Virus record (IMG/VR): IMGVR_UViG_3300014204_000112
Location: 32,001-96,000 of that record
DNA length: 64,000 nucleotides
DNA from: a virus
Taxonomy: Duplodnaviria; Caudoviricetes
Direction: 5' to 3' (one strand)
Position numbers and translations under genes: made by a program. The notes under the pieces were generated by a model. It had not been told where the DNA came from, made no database searches, and was given only the letters and a program-made list of their open reading frames with translations. Position 1 is the stretch's first letter; every line of letters starts with the position of its first letter. Positions 60,441 through 64,000 of the stretch are shown here, in pieces.

Positions 60441-60905
60441 TTATTTCATTTGTAATAGGTACTGAACTTTGTTCTTCAGGCTGAGCATTTCGTCAACTAT
60501 ACTGAAGAGCTCAGAATCCTTATCTCTGTCGAATATCTGGTAGAACATTTCTCTGAGAATGCTGTCCACCAATTGCCAAAATGCTGGCAAAGCAATCTCA
60601 TAATCGTAAAGCATTACCGAAGCTTGCCCGAATTTCAACTTATCTTTACCGTACTTCCCTGCGATCGCTTCGATCAGCACATCCATCTGGCCGATGAACG
60701 TATCATAGAACATGTCAAAATGCCTGTGTTCAGTATCGAATCCGGTCTGAAGATGAATAATTTTAGCTTGATCAGCTATCTGAAACAACGAGAGCATGAA
60801 AACTGCTACTGTTGATTCTTTTTGACCCTGTGGCTCGGTTACGTCAGGCGCATCCTGTTCCAACTGAGGATCTTCCGGAACAGTTAAAGCTTCGATCTTA
60901 AACAT
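60441..60905 (-). CDS. Ferritin/Dps-like four-helix-bundle protein
   Basis: IIHLQT...EHRHFDMFYDTF...DVLIEAIAGKYG...DEML...KVQYLL. Confidence 0.6.
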   Translation of the reverse strand: MFKIEALTVPEDPQLEQDAPDVTEPQGQKESTVAVFMLSLFQIADQAKIIHLQTGFDTEHRHFDMFYDTFIGQMDVLIEAIAGKYGKDKLKFGQASVMLYDYEIALPAFWQLVDSILREMFYQIFDRDKDSELFSIVDEMLSLKNKVQYLLQMK

Positions 60906-61089
60906 TTTTCTGTGTACGAATTTTTTGATTTTTCTCCCACTTGGCGAACGGAATCACCCAGAAATTACGTTCGACTTTGCTTTTTACGTAATCGTAAACT
61001 GGGTTACCCTCAGGGTGCTGGAGTACAGCATTCTTCAAAGGTTCCTTACCTGCACGGTAATTCTTAGCGTTCTGGTGAGTTTTTTCCAT
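60898..61089 (-). CDS. Small hypothetical protein
   Basis: 63-aa ORF directly behind late promoter 61098-61105. Confidence 0.55.
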   Translation of the reverse strand: MEKTHQNAKNYRAGKEPLKNAVLQHPEGNPVYDYVKSKVERNFWVIPFAKWEKNQKIRTQKNV

Positions 61090-61191
61090 ATCAGGATTAT
61101 TTATTAGCGGAGCCTACAAATAAACTGGTATCAAAACTTTATTTCAAGTGTTAATAAAATAGATACATAAAACTGTAATAACGTAACGTTA

Positions 61192-62763
61192 ATGAAATTT
61201 GAAGATTTAACCCAAGAGCACATCCAGACGATTTCCCAGTTATACAGGAACACGGAACTCAGTTGGGATGAACGAATGAATAGATTGAGCAACTACCTTA
61301 ACAAATCAGAACGCACAGTTGCCAAATGGTTATCCCGATTTGGATTGACCGAGCGATCTATAATCGAATCACCGCAGTTAATAAAAGCAAAGGAACGCCA
61401 GCTTGGTGAAAAGAAGCGGTTCCTGATTACTTGGGCTCAAAACGATACTCCGGTAAACGAAGCTTTCATTTCCAACATGGAAAAGTACGCGGACCATATC
61501 GATGCTGACATCCACGTGATTGCCGGCCGATACAAGAATCCAACCTCAATCTTTACTGATAAGAATTACGACACCTGGGCGGAACGCATAGAGGAATACC
61601 TAGATGCTAACCGACACAATGTTCACAAGCACATGTGGATCATGTCAGACATCAAGATTCAACCGACTGCAACAGACCCGATGACGGGTCTTCGTGGTTT
61701 AACTGGAGTGAACTCTTGCGTGTTTGGATCGCCAAAGGTTCAGTTCGAGACCGTTCCTGTTCTCGAAGGAAACCTTCCGAAGATCATGATGACCACCGGA
61801 GCTTGCACAGTAAGGAACTACACCGACTCCAAATTAGGAAAGAAGGGAGAATTCCATCACACTTTGGGATTTGTCATCATTGAAATCAAGGATGATTCTA
61901 CATTCTTTGTTAGGCAGATAACTGCTACAGATGATGGAAACTTTACTGACCTGAACACAAAAGTCCAGTACGATTTCGAAAAGCAAGAAAGCTCCATCAG
62001 CAAGGTGGACAAGCTTGCAGCAATCATTTTCGGAGACATCCACTTCGGCCAGCATGATCAAATGGTAGTCGACAAGACTTTAGAATTCATGGAGATCATG
62101 AAGCCAGAAAACGTTGTTCTTCATGACGTGTTCGATGGGCTTTCGATAAATCACCATGACATCAAGAATCCGTTCATCCAGTACGAACGCGAAATGAATG
62201 GGACTAATTCCCTAAAGGACGAAGTTGAGTCAATGCTAGAAGGTCTCGAAGATTTCGATGGAACTTTCAAGACCATCATCATTCGTGGAAATCACGATGA
62301 CTTCCTGGATCGTTGGCTGCAAACGTCGGACTGGCGAAAGAATGGAACCTTGAAGAACTCTCTCGAGTACATGGAATACGCTTCGCTCATTCTCAGCGGA
62401 AAAGCCAAGAGCGGAGTCATCCCGTACCTCATCAAGCAGAGATTTCCAGATTTCATAACTCTTGATCGCAATGACAGCTATGTCATTAAGGACTGGGAAC
62501 TCGGACAACACGGAGATCTTGGAACGAATGGAACGTGCGGTTCCATCAATCAATATAGGAACCTGAACACAAAAATTATTGTTGGTCACTATCATTCACC
62601 TGGCAGGAAGGACGGCGCACTCGCCGTGGGGACTTCGACCAAGTTAAGAGTTAACTATAACTTCGGACCTAGCAGTTGGCTGCAATCACATGTGATAGTC
62701 CATGAGGACGGTAAGGCTCAACATATCAACTTCACGAATGGGGAATTCACGACCCTATTATAA
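61192..62763 (+). CDS. Calcineurin-like metallophosphoesterase with N-terminal HTH (resembles T5 A1-type proteins)
   Basis: GDIHFG, LHDVFDG, RGNHDDFL, QHGD, GHYHS motifs; the A1 resemblance (LITWAQNDTPV) is from memory. Confidence 0.7.
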   Translation: MKFEDLTQEHIQTISQLYRNTELSWDERMNRLSNYLNKSERTVAKWLSRFGLTERSIIESPQLIKAKERQLGEKKRFLITWAQNDTPVNEAFISNMEKYADHIDADIHVIAGRYKNPTSIFTDKNYDTWAERIEEYLDANRHNVHKHMWIMSDIKIQPTATDPMTGLRGLTGVNSCVFGSPKVQFETVPVLEGNLPKIMMTTGACTVRNYTDSKLGKKGEFHHTLGFVIIEIKDDSTFFVRQITATDDGNFTDLNTKVQYDFEKQESSISKVDKLAAIIFGDIHFGQHDQMVVDKTLEFMEIMKPENVVLHDVFDGLSINHHDIKNPFIQYEREMNGTNSLKDEVESMLEGLEDFDGTFKTIIIRGNHDDFLDRWLQTSDWRKNGTLKNSLEYMEYASLILSGKAKSGVIPYLIKQRFPDFITLDRNDSYVIKDWELGQHGDLGTNGTCGSINQYRNLNTKIIVGHYHSPGRKDGALAVGTSTKLRVNYNFGPSSWLQSHVIVHEDGKAQHINFTNGEFTTLL

Positions 62764-62780
62764 ATCAAACCTCTTCACAT

Positions 62781-62808
62781 GAAAAAAGCTCCTTACGGAG
62801 CTTTTTTC
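62781..62808. terminator. Bidirectional terminator
   Basis: gaaaaaagctcc-ttac-ggagcttttttc between convergent genes. Confidence 0.88.
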
Positions 62809-62811
62809 GTT

Positions 62812-63999
62812 TTACATCATTGCTCCTGGCGGAACGTTAGCTTTACCTTTTCCCCTGATCAGAACACCATTTTTATCTTCGGCTAAGTATTCTGCCACTC
62901 CACCGAATTTCTTTACGATTTCTGATTCTTCATGGCCGACCAAACATTCGATCGTTATGAAGTTATTCACCGGATCAACCGTATATTCAATCTGTTTCTC
63001 AGTCAATGCATCAGCAATATCTTGGAGCTTGTCTGCGTCTATCTTGTAGAATCCGCAGTACGGATTGACTGATTCCATTATAGGTAGAGCACTAGTTCCG
63101 GAGGTACCGCTAGAACCTGAAGTTCCTGGGCTAAGTTGAACTGGCATTCCATCCTGATAGTATTCCTGTTTCTTTTCCTCGAGAATCAAATCAACCGTAT
63201 CGTCAATCTCAATCACTGGAACTCCAGGTGATTTGAATTGAGATAGGTCTACTGTTTTCGATTCATTCAATTTTTCGCTTAGGTCACGGTTCATGTTGAA
63301 GAATTCTGAATGAATTGCATTTGGAGCTGCTGACTTGAATGCCGTGTAATCATTGTTGCGAACTGCATCCATTATAGATTCTTTGACTCCAGCGGTAGGA
63401 AGTTCCATCAGCCTTAGATCTTTCTTCAAGTTCAAGTTTCTCGAACGCTTACGCGCAAGTTCCAACTGAAGAGCTATGTCTCGTATCCTGCTCTTGTTTG
63501 CGGCTACGATGTTAGGCTCGTATTCCGGCCGAATTTCCTTTAGTAAGCTTTCAACTTCCCCGTCCGGAACAATAACCAGTCCTACCATGAAACTAGGATA
63601 GAGATTCACTAACTTGTGAAGAGCATTGACTATGGTTTCTTTTTTGAAAGGCTTTGCTTTTGAAGTAGCTCCACAGTGAACGCATACTAACAGGCAAGGA
63701 AGCCCATTCTCGTTGAACAAACCCTGTGCCGATTTTATGTGCCCTGGGTGAATGGGTTGAAAGTCAGAGATGATCAAGTTTACCGGTTTAGTTCTCCTAT
63801 CCTCAATTCCTTTGAAGCTCTCAAAATAACCAGGTTCCTTATCTTCACCAACGAACTCTTTGAATGTTGGAAAGTAATTTTCGTAAATTGCATCTCCCAT
63901 GATTACTTTGCTAATTTTGTCTACCTGAGTGTTCAGGTTGTCTTTCATCTCCTTCGTGAAGAACGATGAGCTTACCCTAATTTTTTTCTTCCTAAACAT
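62812..63999 (-). CDS. Protein with HIGH-type nucleotidyltransferase-like domain (probably 5'-truncated by the window edge)
   Basis: FQPIHPGHIK motif; GTSGSSGTSGTS linker. Confidence 0.55.
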   Translation of the reverse strand: MFRKKKIRVSSSFFTKEMKDNLNTQVDKISKVIMGDAIYENYFPTFKEFVGEDKEPGYFESFKGIEDRRTKPVNLIISDFQPIHPGHIKSAQGLFNENGLPCLLVCVHCGATSKAKPFKKETIVNALHKLVNLYPSFMVGLVIVPDGEVESLLKEIRPEYEPNIVAANKSRIRDIALQLELARKRSRNLNLKKDLRLMELPTAGVKESIMDAVRNNDYTAFKSAAPNAIHSEFFNMNRDLSEKLNESKTVDLSQFKSPGVPVIEIDDTVDLILEEKKQEYYQDGMPVQLSPGTSGSSGTSGTSALPIMESVNPYCGFYKIDADKLQDIADALTEKQIEYTVDPVNNFITIECLVGHEESEIVKKFGGVAEYLAEDKNGVLIRGKGKANVPPGAMM

Positions 64000-64000
64000 G

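Overview
This is a 64-kb segment of a T4-superfamily jumbo myophage, probably infecting Bacteroidota. The host inference rests on A-rich translation starts without Shine-Dalgarno sites, an Hc1-type histone-like gene and an S1-like protein. The minus strand mostly carries late and structural genes: baseplate, tail sheath, tail tube, major capsid protein, a fused prohead protease-scaffold and a gp55-like late sigma, many behind (G/A/T)ATAAATA late promoters. The plus strand mostly carries replication, recombination and nucleotide genes: gp32 SSB, RNase H, a split family-B polymerase, UvsX, gp41, gp46/47, dUTPase, a gp42-like enzyme and dCMP deaminase, behind a recurring AAAC-N17-TAnAA(T/G/A) promoter motif. 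Host-takeover genes include GroEL, GroES, DnaJ, an S1-like protein, Hc1 and a SET-like protein. A glycosylation/acylation island encodes glycosyltransferases, an LbH acyltransferase, FabH and FabG. The standout observation is an intergenic non-coding element at about 19296-19374 that reproduces the 23S rRNA GTPase-associated centre (helices 42-44, the uL11-binding domain) with compensatory base-pair changes, i.e. a candidate phage-encoded ribosomal-RNA mimic. All calls come from reading motifs by eye; no database searches were run.
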